Assembly: GCA_951406725.2 (NCBI GenBank)
Contig: OX597834.1
Span: 17,112,001-17,176,000 of the forward strand
Direction of reading: 5' to 3'
DNA from: Octopus vulgaris
Taxonomy: Eukaryota
DNA: 64,000 nt
A program made the position numbers and the translations under genes. The notes beneath the pieces are model-generated. The model ran no database searches. It worked only from the letters and a program-made list of their open reading frames with translations, and was not told the origin of the DNA. Below are positions 39,080-51,397 of this stretch, in pieces. Each line of letters opens with the position of its first letter. Position 1 is the first letter of the stretch.

Positions 39080-39884
39080 GAAAGTACGTTTATTACTTTA
39101 AGAATAATAAAAATCCAATGAATATAAACAATAAATTACAATTCAGTGAGAAAGGTTAAAGAAATAAGAAATAGTGGTTGCTGAGAATATTGAAGTCTTA
39201 CTGCTTAAGTATTTATTATATCTTACTTTGGTTCTTTTGAAAGTATATTTTTACTTCAAGATTAAATAAAGATCTAATTAATATAAAGTACTAAATTGAA
39301 ATATAATAAGATTTCAAAAAATAAGAAATAGTTGTTGAAAACATTGAAGTCTTACTGTTTGTGTATTATACTTTTCTTTTCTTTTTTTTTGTTCTTCTAA
39401 AAGTGCATTTTTTACTTTAAGATTTATAATTGTCTAATTGATATAATAAGTAAATTATAATTCATTAAGAAAGGCGTAAATAAATAAGAAGTAGTTGTCG
39501 CGAAACTGAGGTCTTACTGTTTGCATATTATGATCCTTATTTGGAAAGGACACCTGTCGCAAAAGTGCAGTTTTTACTTTAAGATTTATAATTGTCTAAT
39601 TAATATAATAAGTAAATTATAATTCAGTAAGAAAGGCGTAAATAAATAAGAAGTAGTTGTCGCGAAACTGAAGTCTTACTGTTTGCATATTATGATCCTT
39701 ATTTGGAAAGGACACCTGTCGCAAAAGTGCAGTTTTTACTTTAAGATTTATAATAGTCTAATTAATATAATAAGTAAATTATAATTCAGTAAGAAAGGCG
39801 TAAATAAATAAGAAGTAGTTGTCGCGAAACTGAAGTCTTACTGTTTGCATATTATGATCCTTATTTGGAAAGGACACCTGTCGC
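39080..39884. repeat. 162-bp tandem array: three near-identical units (39399-39884) and two diverged older units
   Basis: gacacctgtcgc ends at 39560, 39722 and 39884 (period 162). The aaagt..ttt.actt.aaga...gaagtcttactg framework recurs at ~39080 and ~39240. Confidence 0.9.
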
Positions 39885-40019
39885 AAATATGAAATCAAAA
39901 TTAGTCAAGTTTTTTTTTAGTTTTTTATAGAGGAAAATAAAAATAATTAGGAAATCGAAAAGTGCAAGTGATATGAAAAACACTTGCAGAAAATAGCACT
40001 GGAACGGCTGAATTGATTA

Positions 40020-40620
40020 TCATTATTATTTATTATGCTTTTTTTCTTCCTCTTGATATCGATCAGCCAGCACGATCAGAAATAAGCGATCAGATCAGGA
40101 AAAAAGAAAAAAGGTAATCGTATTTTCTCAAAAAATTAACTTATTATTAATATTATAACTATTATGCCGCCCTTTTTATTGTTTGTTTTTTTTTGTCAAT
40201 ATCGATCAGCAAGGAAGATCAGAAATAGGTGATCAGATTAGAACAGATCGAAAAAAGTAAAATAGGTGATCATAGTTCCAAGATCGAAGAAAAAAAATAA
40301 CCATTAACTTATTATTACTATTATTATTTATGCTTTTTTTTAAAAAAAAAAAAAAAAAAGGTTCTTGTTAATATCGATCAGCAAACACAATAAGAAATAG
40401 GTGATCAGATTAGAACAGATCGAAAAAAGTAAAATAGGTGATCATAGTTCCAAGATTGAAAAAAATAAACATTAACTTATTATTACTATTATTATTTATG
40501 CTTTTTTAAAAATCTTTTTTTTTTAAAAAGGTTCTTGTTAATATCGATCTGCAAACACAATAAGAAATAGGTGATCAGATCAGGGGGAAAAAATATATAT
40601 ATATAGGTAATTTTAGTACC
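40020..40620. repeat. Four-unit GATC-rich tandem repeat (143-172 bp)
   Basis: atatcgatc at 40056, 40199, 40371 and 40541, each followed by agaaata(g/a)g(t/c)gatcagat. Confidence 0.9.
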
Positions 40621-40813
40621 TAATTAGAAGAAAGAAAAAAAAATTAAATTGTTATGGTATTGCAGTATATAAACATACACAAACAAATATTCAATCAAGA
40701 GAATATAAAGATTTACAAGATCGTATGGTTAGATTTCTTTTTTAAAGTTATTAAGTGTTAAGAGAAAAAAGTGGGAACTCTATTAAGCGTGTCCATTCAT
40801 TAAAATAAGTTAC

Positions 40814-40958
40814 CTTATTGTGGTTTTGGTTGCATCAGTCAGCATCAAGACGACGTTACACATCTCCACCTGCAACTGGCATCGGACAAGGTGCAGCACT
40901 GCACGTTGCTTCCGACATACGGGTTCTTTTTGCCTTGGCTCTTACTACAAACGCACTA
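40814..40958 (-). other. Non-coding first exon (5' UTR) of the minus-strand gene
   Basis: GC/CpG-richer unique block ending in donor AAG|gtaact at 40814/40813. TATATAG at 40992-40986 lies ~30-35 nt upstream of a TAGT initiator-like site (~40958). Contains only short uORFs. Confidence 0.6.
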
Positions 40959-41312
40959 CCTCCCCCGTTTGAGCTCTAACACATACTATATATCCAAGCA
41001 GAAATTTTTACTCTTTTGTTTGTTTGTTTGTTTGTTTGTTGGTTGGTTGGTTGGTTAGTTGTTTTTCTTTTTTTTTTTATTTAATCCCAGAAATGACCCT
41101 GTTTATTTTAATTTTATTTGCAAAATGCGTTAAACGATTTTTTTTAGAAATTAATTCTACACTGTTCACGTCGTTGATATTTTTCGTTGTATTAGGTTTA
41201 AATTTTTTTTGAGAAATTATGCGGACTTTTCCCACCAACTGTTGCTGTTCTTTTTAATTTGCATCCTCGCTGCTGTTGGTTGGCAAAACAGGAAGCTGTC
41301 GTCGCCATTTTT
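40959..41312. promoter_or_regulatory. Bidirectional promoter between two divergent first exons
   Basis: Minus side: TATATAG at 40992-40986. Plus side: ETS core CAGGAAG at 41289-41295 and YY1-type GTCGCCATTTT at 41301-41311. Donors face away from each other at 40814 (-) and 41391 (+). Local CpG retention. Confidence 0.6.
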
Positions 41313-41391
41313 AGACAAGGCAGTCGTAGATTGGAATTTCCTGCCGAGGAAAAAAGAAACAAGCAAAACTTTACTTGAATTTTTGTAGCCG
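41290..41391 (+). other. Non-coding first exon of a plus-strand gene (start approximate; product not identifiable)
   Basis: Consensus donor CCG|gtaagt at 41391/41392, a YY1 motif (GCCATTTT) near the start, ETS cores, CpG-rich, and no ATG in the exon. Confidence 0.6.
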
Positions 41392-41535
41392 GTAAGTTGG
41401 GCTCTTTTTCACGTCTCTCAATGTTTCTATCTTTTTTTTTCGCCGTTATCCCATACCTGTGCGCAATTTTAACGAATCAATTTCATTTCGTTAACACGCC
41501 GATGATAAAGTGTTTAGGCAGTGAATGAAACAGAT

Positions 41536-41571
<36 letters not shown>

Positions 41572-41990
41572 AGTGTTGCACATCATCGTAATAGCAGTAA
41601 ATGGGGGATCGATTCGCAACTGTGAAGCCGTTCGAAACAGAACCCCCACTTTGTGTTCTGTAACATTTCGAGAGCTAGGAATGGGAGGAGGTTACGAATT
41701 ACGATCTATTTGGAATGCATTTGAAAAATGTACGTCCTGTATCAGTTCCGCCTAGGTGGTATTGTCTGATTTTTTTTTCATCGCTGAAAACAGAGCAAAA
41801 TACTCGGGACTGACTATGCTGTAGGTTCGTTGAGTTTTCATTTTGTTTTCCTTCCTTCATCCTCTGCTTTTCAAGAGGTATTTTCATATCTATTTGTATA
41901 TATATACACATATATATATATGTATATCTATATATATATATATATATACGTAGATATATATTGTTTTTTTCCCCCTTCTCTCTTGTCAAG

Positions 41991-42168
41991 TCGTCTTCCA
42001 AAGTCATGAGTTTTATCTAATATGTGTGGTCTGTGTATAGAGTACACTTAATAAGCGAATGCCATTAATTGTCATTGTCACCACCGGTTTTTGTCGATGA
42101 CATGTCGGTTCAGACAACTGGGTTCTTCTTACCCATTGCTTTCATGGTGACGGTACACTCTGATACTG
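41991..42168 (+). other. Speculative second exon of the plus-strand gene
   Basis: Strong polypyrimidine tract (ttgtttttttcccccttctctcttgtcaag|) and donor CTG|gtaatt. ATG at 42102 gives MSVQTTGFFLPIAFMVTVHSDT plus 1 nt. The AAG acceptor is non-optimal and several short ORFs lie upstream. Confidence 0.2.
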
Positions 42169-42298
42169 GTAATTATTTTCTGCTCTTATCTAAAATAAAA
42201 GCGAATTGCAACTAAAAACAACAACACCAATAAATTATCAACCCTCTTCTGTTTACAAGAAGTCATTTCTTCAGAAAGCCACCTGTCCTCAGTGTATG

Positions 42299-42329
<31 letters not shown>

Positions 42330-42339
<10 letters not shown>

Positions 42340-43290
42340 AATAGAATATACACACACAGGCATATACCTATATATATATATATATATGATCGCCCATATA
42401 TATATATATACATCAAATAGAATATACACACACAGGCATATACCTATATATATATATGATCGCCCATATATATATATATATACATCAAATAGAATATACA
42501 CACACAGGCATATACCTATATATATGATCGCCCATATATATATATATATACATCAAATAGAATATACACACACAGGCATATACCTATATATATGATCGCC
42601 CATATATATATATATATACATCAAATAGAATATACACACACAGGCATATACCTATATATATATGATCGCCCATATATATATATATATATACATCAAATAG
42701 AATATACACACACAGGCATATACCTATATGTATATATGATCGCCCATATATATATACATCAAATAGAATATACACACACAGGCATATACCTATATATTTA
42801 TATATATATGATCGCCCATATATATATATACATCAAATAGAATATACACTCACAGGCATATACCTATATATATAGTAATGTGTATATATACTCAGATTTG
42901 TGTGCAGATATGTATACTTACGTACAGATGTATGTATATATGCACAGATGTGTATACCCATATAGAGACTATATATATATATACATCAAATAGAATATAC
43001 ACACTCAGGCATATACCTATATATATATAGTAATGTGTATATATACTCAGATTTGTGTGCAGATATGTATACGTACGTACAGATGTATGTATATATGCAC
43101 AGATGTGTATACCCATATAGAGACTATATATATATACATCAAATAGAATATACACACACAGGCATATACCTATATATATATATATATATATATAGTAATG
43201 TGTATATATATTCAGATTTGTGTGCAGATATGTATACGTACGTACAGATGTATGTATATATATGCACAGATGTGTATACCCATATAGAGA
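42330..43290. repeat. Two-tier minisatellite: ~8 units of ~62-70 bp, then 3 units of ~152 bp sharing the same core
   Basis: Core catcaaatagaatatacacacacaggcatatacc, followed by gatcgccc in the short units or by gtaatgtg...cagatttgtgtgcagat...cccatatagagact in the long units. Confidence 0.9.
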
Positions 43291-43665
43291 CTTGCTCCTA
43301 TTCTATATGTGTGTGTGTGTATATATATACCCACATATTTCTGCATATGACTATGTCCCTACAAATCATACACATATGATTATATATACGCACGCACACA
43401 CATATACACTAGCTCTCTCTCTCTCTCACACACATACGCACGTATACACACTTACACACACATATCTGTGTAGATATGTAGACATTTATATATGCAAATA
43501 CATCTGATTATGTAAACACGGTTACGCATAGTCCCCTATATATATATATATATCTCATCATCATCATTATTATATATACGCGTACATACACACTGCTTTT
43601 TACTGTATATGAATATATCCCTACACATCTATATATGCTTATATTTATATATATATTGACACGCT

Positions 43666-43707
<42 letters not shown>

Positions 43708-44189
43708 ATATATATGTGTGTATGTGCATACATGCATGTATCTATGTGTACACACACATGCCTTTATGCCCATACTTTGGGTTACACATATGTGTGTGTG
43801 TGTAATCCATTCTCTATTAATATCCTATCAAACGGAACCACGTAAACATTTTCAAATTCCTTCTGGTCTGTGTCTCACTCAATTTTATTATTCCACACAT
43901 TCTTTAGAATTTTCGCAACTGTTCCAAAGTGAATATTGTTTTTCTTTTTGCCTTTGTTTCTGCCTGTCTCTCTCTGTTTATAATCATTTCGCCATTATAG
44001 AACGTCTACACACACACACACACACGTATGTGTAATGTAAGTTGAAAATACGATAGGGATTACTTGAGGAGACTACAGATTCGAACCAGAACTCACATAT
44101 ATATATATATACACGTGTATGATGTAAGCTAAAACACACAATAGGAATTACTCAGGGACCTAACGTTTCGTATCGGAAGACACACACCC

Positions 44190-44227
<38 letters not shown>

Positions 44228-44651
44228 GATATAGTCACACACATGTGATGGTGACCTTAATATAGATAAGAACATCTAAGTTTCCTGTGGGTTTTATTTT
44301 TTCGTAATTAACGTCATCCCGCACCTTAACTTTTTTGTCATCGTTTTAAGTGTTTCCCTTCTAAATTCTATTACGGCCGAAGGTTTTTTTAATTTGTTCT
44401 AGAACGACTGTAAGTTGATACCTAACCGTGACCAGCTCCACCCCCGCCACCAAAAACAAAAAAAAAGCAATAAAAAGAAAGAAAACAAAAACAAAAAACT
44501 CTGAGAAATTGATAACTATGCATCTTATATATATTCATGGTTAAATATACGTTTAAATATCTCATCACCCGTCATTACCAAAATCCGGTTTTTGGGAATT
44601 CGTATGGTTTGCACGTTCATACGTACGATGCTAGTATACACACACACATGC

Positions 44652-44707
<56 letters not shown>

Positions 44708-45343
44708 TTTCAATCATTGGACTGTAGGCATGTTGGGGCACCGCCCCGAACAGTTTTAAAGTTAGACGAATCGACTCCAGTCCTTACATATGAATAATAT
44801 GTATACGACAGGCGTATTTCTGTGTGAGTAGACGGCTACAGTAGAAGACTCTTATGGTGCCACGTAATGGGTTTTGAACCCGGAACAATGTTGTAGGGAA
44901 GAGCTAGCTTCTTACCACACAGCCATTCCTGTGCATGTATCCCTCACTTGCAAGCGAGTATGATTTAGTACCATGGTTGCCCGTAACTTGTTTCATATGC
45001 CTGTGTAGTCGTGAACAGATTTTGTAGATAACTTCTCGGCCATCCCTCTCTTCACCTGGCAAAACATCCAGGAAGTGATGTGACAGTCTTGAGCTAGACG
45101 AGAGGGCTGCGCCAGCGATGGGATGGTACCCCTCCCTTTTTTTTCCGCTGACTTGGCTGGAGCAACGTAAAATAAAGCGCCTTGCTCAAGGACACAGCAT
45201 CCTAACCGCTCGAATCAACACCTTCATATTATGTATTCTTGAGGGATAGGGTGCAGCCCTTTTGGTTCTGCTGTAAAAGCATGTATAGGGTTTGGGATCC
45301 CAGAGTAGGGGGCGGCAAACTCAGGGGCTGCTCCTACTACGTC

Positions 45344-45377
<34 letters not shown>

Positions 45378-45836
45378 TGTGAGAGTGAGAGCATACACTG
45401 TACTCTATATATTGTTTGCATTTCCATCGGTATATTGACTAGTTTTCTAACAGAATAGTTATAAACACTGTGTACCATCATCGTTTAACGTCCGCCTTCC
45501 ATGCTGGCATGGGTTTGGTCGGTTTGACAGGAGCTGGTCAGGCAGGAGCCTGCACGAGACTTCTGTATCTGTTTTGGCAGGGATTTTACAGTGGGCAGTG
45601 CTTTTTGCGTGACACAAGCACAGGCGAGGTCAGTTTTGGCATGGCTTTTACAGCTGGATGCCCTTCCAAACGCCAACCACTTTACAATGTGGACTGGATG
45701 CTTTTTACGTGGCACCAACACTGGCAGGGTCACCAAGTAACTTTTTGCAAGACAGAGATCTTTTGAGAGGGAATGGGGGCATTGGAGGAGGATCATGTGT
45801 CAGATGATGATCACCTCATCCAATCCCCCTCCTCTC

Positions 45837-45909
<73 letters not shown>

Positions 45910-46007
45910 GCATATACACATCCTAATTGTAATATATAAAAGTGTTTGTGTACACACACACGTCTCTGCTATTTTTTATCTTTCAAGTTGTATGCTGAAA
46001 TTTTACG

Positions 46008-46268
46008 CTAGGAGATGCGCCCTTTTTCTAAGAAGGCTATTGGATCATTAGGTTCTAAGATTTGGTTTATTTTTGCCCCTTTTATGAAGCCCAATGAAAC
46101 CAGCTTTTGAACTGCTTTGTTGTAACATAGTTCGGAGTGCATCGACATCCCTAAGCCAAACAGAAGACGTTCGGCATCTTTTTTGAAGCCATTCCTCCAA
46201 AATATAGGGTATTCATTCATGTGGTTGTTTAGGTAGAGATGAACCCGAGCAAAACTGTATTCTGTGGT
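46008..46268 (-). pseudogene. Isolated 86-codon open frame resembling a Maverick/Polinton-associated uncharacterised protein
   Basis: Complex, non-repetitive reading frame TTEYSFARVHLYLNNHMNEYPIFWRNGFKKDAERLLFGLGMSMHSELCYNKAVQKLVSLGFIKGAKINQILEPNDP... between two (TA)n tracts. Motif spacing recalls WL.NNxHG+.W.xG ... YxKGxQK ... +NLE..xP. Recognition from memory only. Confidence 0.35.
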
Positions 46269-46685
46269 TTATACAACATATATATATATACACTATAGGG
46301 CGAAAGTAAAGAAAACACGTACACCCGGTGTTTAGGGTGAGGTTTACGCCGAAAATGGATGGTGTACTTATTCTTCACCTCCGCCCACTAGAGATGCATA
46401 TAAACACACGCACGCAATCTCAGCTCAGACATCACTCACACGCACGCACACACACGCACACCCAAATAAATAGACGTCATCGAGTTTTTGAAGATTTATT
46501 TCTAGAAACAAAATAACGACATGTGATGCATTTAAATTCTTAATCTAATTTTTTAATAGATATTCCCAGGTGCACTTTTTAAAAATAATTTAACCCGATT
46601 GAGCATCGTACATACGAGTAGTGTTCGCATTGATAAAACATATGAGGAGTGTATATTTCATTTTGAGATATCTGTCTGTGTGTGC

Positions 46686-46736
<51 letters not shown>

Positions 46737-47400
46737 GGAGTAAACACATAAATGTGAAACAAGGTGGAAAAATAGAGTACTCAAATACCAGTGGTAGAGT
46801 AATATGCTTTATTTAAAGCAGCAGAATTTTGTTGAATTTTCTGCTGCTTTAAATAAAGTATATATATATATATATATATAATAGGAAGAAGGAAGTATAC
46901 AGGAAAAACCCAGCGAAAAGGAAGGTTGGCTTACGGAAATAAAAAAACAACCACTTGAAAGTATATTTCTTCGTTTTTATTTGGGACTGCGAAAGCTAGA
47001 GACAGACGTCAGTGTATCCTAGAAATTGAAAGATGGGAGCTAACCACGTGTTCCACCATATTAACAAAGTTTGCATTGTTGTTACGTAAAAGCTCATCCA
47101 ACAACAATCACCTTTATGTTAAACATTAACTTATTGTCTAGTGGTGTGTGTCTCGTGGAAGACTATTATCGTTTATTCGTTTTTAATATTCTCTCCCGTC
47201 TTCTCTTATCTAATCCGTTCAACACATATAGGACTAAGATATTATTTACTTTCCTCTCTTCCGTGTAATTGCGTGTGTCTGTGGTGATGTAGAATTTATT
47301 GATGACCATATTAAATAAATCGTATTTATTTTAATGACGTCTAGAATACGAAATGACTCAGACGTGTTAACTATTCTTGTTCAGAGTAATTAGTTAATCG

Positions 47401-47440
<40 letters not shown>

Positions 47441-49221
47441 TTCTGTATATATAAATAAAAAGAACTCGATTAGAGTTGATAATTAAAAGAAGATTTTTCA
47501 TTGTGGTTACTCTGAGTTTAGCTTTATGTCGGAAAGTGATTACGTGAAACTCGGAATAATATTAGTGTAAATCTCTTTTGAATGTTGTTCATTCATTATA
47601 ATATATATTAAATTTATTCGTATAACAACTTTGCCTATATATATATAAGAAGACAATTACGCGAGGTTTGTCGAATGTTGTTCTTCCTGGCTAGTAGGTT
47701 TCGATTTGTAGTTGAAATCAGAATATCTCGTACCCGAAAAATAATCCTTAAAAAACAAAAACCAACGATGATCGCTGCACTCTCATTCTTCACTCTTTTA
47801 AAATGAGAGGCTTTGCGTCTAAATAAGATGGAATTATTTGTTTTTATTGTGAATTTTATTTGAAAAAAATTATTAAAATTGAAACTCGTATGATCTTTGG
47901 TATTTCGTTTCGAGGAAAATTAATCAATTATTTGGAAGGTCTTGGCTCATCTTATCAGACAGGAATGGAAGAACCAATGTGAAGTGGCGCTTGATAGTTC
48001 CTGGTATTCTCAAGTAATATAGATTTGAAATGACAGTAGAAGTGTAGTTTAGGGCCCCATAAATCAAATGCCATTTTTTTCTCACGGATTTTAATAATAG
48101 CGCTATTTTTGTATTTTATTTTATTTTATTTTTTTGGTTTTGTCTCTTATTCATTTCAGTCATTCGACTGCAGTCATGCCGGGGCACCGCCTTAAAAAGA
48201 GTTTAGTCGAACAGATCGGGCCCCAATACTTTCTTTCCTTATAAAATGTATTGTACTGGTTCTGTTGATTTCTTTTGCGGACACAAACAAACCAATACCG
48301 GTTGTCAAGCGATATAGGGGTGACAAACACAGACACGAAGATACACACACAATGGGATTTCACCCAGTTTCCGTCTACCAAATTCACAAGGCTTTGGTTG
48401 GCTCAGTGCTATTGAAGACCCTTTTGTGGACGCAAACAAACCAATACCGGTTGTCAAGCGATATAGGGGTGACAAACACAGACACGAAGATACACACAGA
48501 CACACACACAATGGGATTCCACCTTGTTTCCGTCTACCAAATTCACAAGACATTGGTTGGCTCAGTGCTATTGAAAACCCTTCTATTATAGTTTAAGGTG
48601 CCGTGCATTGGGATTGAACCTGGAACGAAGTGGTTGGGAAGCAAGCCTTTTTAACCACACATCCATGCTTGCACCTGTTTAATTATTTAATTATTTTTCT
48701 CTTAAGTTCTCTCTAGAATGTTTCGAAGAAGTTTGTTTTGTTGGGGATAGTTTTGTAACTTGAGTTTAGCATATCTTTGGCCTTCTCAATCAGAATTTAA
48801 GTAGAGAACATGCTTGTTTGTTCTTAATTCAGCCAGTAGAAGGTCAAAGAAGCAAGATGCCTGTTCCAAATGATATTTTGTGGGTATGTGTGTCAACACT
48901 ATATGTGATGATAGTTAAATATTTGGCACATTGCATATTTTAGGGAATTAGTCGATTGATGGAAAATATATATTCAACTATATATATTAAAAGAAATATA
49001 TATATATATATGAATGCATATGCATATATACACACACATATATATATATATATACGTGTGTATATGCATTCATATATATATAATAAACAGGTGCAGGCAT
49101 CACGTGGTTTTAGGTTCAGCCTCACTGTGTGGAACCCTGGGCAAGTGTCCTTTACTAAGGCCCCAGGCCTGTCAAAACCTTGTGAGTGGATTTGTTAAAT
49201 GGCAACTGAAAGAAGCCTGTC

Positions 49222-49271
<50 letters not shown>

Positions 49272-50416
49272 GTTTATAAAGATATTGGTACATTATACTT
49301 CATTTTTGGAATTTGATCTGGACTTTTAGGTACCTCCTTAAGTTTATATATTAAAAGAAATATATATGTATGAATACATATGCACATACACACATATATA
49401 TATATATATATACGTGTGTATATGCATTCATATATATATAATAAACAGGTGCAAAACAACTGATGTTGGTTTGTTTACATTCCTGTAACTTGATGGTTTG
49501 ACATAAGAGACTGATAGAATAAGTACCCTGTTTAGAAAAAGTGGGGCAAAGAAAAAAAGTAGTGGGGTCGATTTGTTTGGCTTGAAACCCTTCAAGGTAG
49601 TGTCCCATTCTGGCTGCCGTCCAATGAGTAAAACAACAGATAAACACAAGAAAAAGCTTTCTAGTTATTTGAGCGAAACAAGTTTTGAGTTGTTAATTGG
49701 GAGTGAGATGTCTCTTGATGATAGAAACAAGTACATGGTGTTACCTACTGCTTTATCTACAATGTGCACAGACAGGTCACTGGCCTAGTCTTGGTGCTAG
49801 TGGTGGCGGGGAGGCTAAAATGTTATTGTTACCCTCCCACTTAAGCATGAGAAGCCGGAGGAAATTTTGCACCAAGAGGAGTAACTTCTCCCCACTCTTT
49901 ACCATAGTTCTGGTATGGCTGCATCTGTGTGGATCACTTAACATGCTAGAAAGAGCAGTAAAATATATATCAAATTAAAAATTCTGTCTTGCATAAACTG
50001 CATTACAAAATATAATCGTAGATACACCTAGAAAGAAAGGTAGGACAGTGACAGCTGGAAACGCCTTTGTTCATGTGTCTGCTAAGTCAAGGGTGACCTG
50101 CAGTGTCTGAACAAAACACTATACTGTTACATGTTTAAATATTTTGACTGTTTCAACAGCAGGTTGTGTTGTGATCAAACCAGAAGGAGCATTGTTGCTT
50201 TGCCCTTTATCAGACATGATTCAGCAAATCTATGAGCAGAAGCATTCCAACCATGTCCCAGCAGTCTTTTTATACATCAGAGACTTCGTTATCTAGTGTG
50301 TCTTCCTTTATATAAGGTGGAGTCAATTTGAGAGTGATTTGGCTGCTGTTTCTTTTTGACTCGTTTGCACTGGTGAAAACGAAAACTAATTTTTCTAAGA
50401 AACCAGAAAACTGTTG

Positions 50417-50858
50417 GAGTGCTAAGAGCACCATCCGAGCGTGATCGTTGCCAGGGTAGCTGAGTGGCTCCTGTGCTGGTGGCACGTAAAAAGCACCATT
50501 TGAGCATGATCATTACCAGCACCGCCTTACTGGCACTTGTGCCGGTGGTACGTGAAAAAAAATATTCAAGCGAGGTTATTGCCAGTGCTGCTGGACTGGC
50601 TCTTGTGCAGGTGGTACGTAAAAAACACCATTTGAGCGTGGCCGTTGCCAGTACCACCTGAATGGCCCTCATGCCACTGGCACATAAATGCACCCACTAC
50701 ACTCTCGGAGTGGTTGGCATTAGGAAAGGCATCCAGCTGTAGAAACGCTTCCAGATCAGATTGGAGCCTGGTGCAGCCATCTGGCTCGCCAGTCCTCAGT
50801 CAAATCGTCTAACCCATGCCAGCGTGGAAAGCAGAAGTTAAATGATGATGATGATGAT
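50417..50858 (+). mobile_element. Family E retroposon with internal tandem repeats
   Basis: Same architecture and (ATG)n tail as 8066-8634. Confidence 0.85.
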
Positions 50859-51176
50859 ACAAACTGGAATCAAAGCCGAAATTAATCTTAACATTGGTTT
50901 TGGCTGAAGGTAAAAAAACTAATTAATTGACAACCATATCATCATTTAACTTCCATGCTTGCATAAGTTGGGCAGAATTTCTTTGGTCGAATGTCCTTCC
51001 TGTTTCATCTGTTACTTAGTGATATTTCAGATATTTCCCTGTGGTCAGATGTTTTTCGTAAAGACTGGAAATGAACAATCTCACTTGTATGAAAATAATG
51101 CTTATTTACAATCATGAAATCATGTCAAGGTAAAGGTACACACATACACTTATACATATATATGAGCAGATTTTAA

Positions 51177-51397
51177 CCCTTTAGTGTTTAAACTGGCCAT
51201 ATCCGGCCAAAAGTATTCTGCCTGTTTTATGGTAAAACTGGCCAAATCTGGTCTCTCACACCAACCCTACAATATCGTTTTAAAAATTAACAGCTACCTC
51301 ATCAAAATCTCATAGCTACAAGATAATGCATGATTAGTTCAAAACAATGTAGATAAGAAAGGATTAATTTTGGCAGAATAATGCGAACACTAAAGGG
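51177..51397 (-). mobile_element. piggyBac-type MITE, young subfamily
   Basis: TTAA TSD on both sides; reverse complement of 10649-10870. Confidence 0.9.

Noticed and set aside
39399-43290. Regularly spaced repeats as a CRISPR-like array
   Set aside because: Units are wholly repeated with no unique spacers, there are no cas genes, and the context is eukaryotic.
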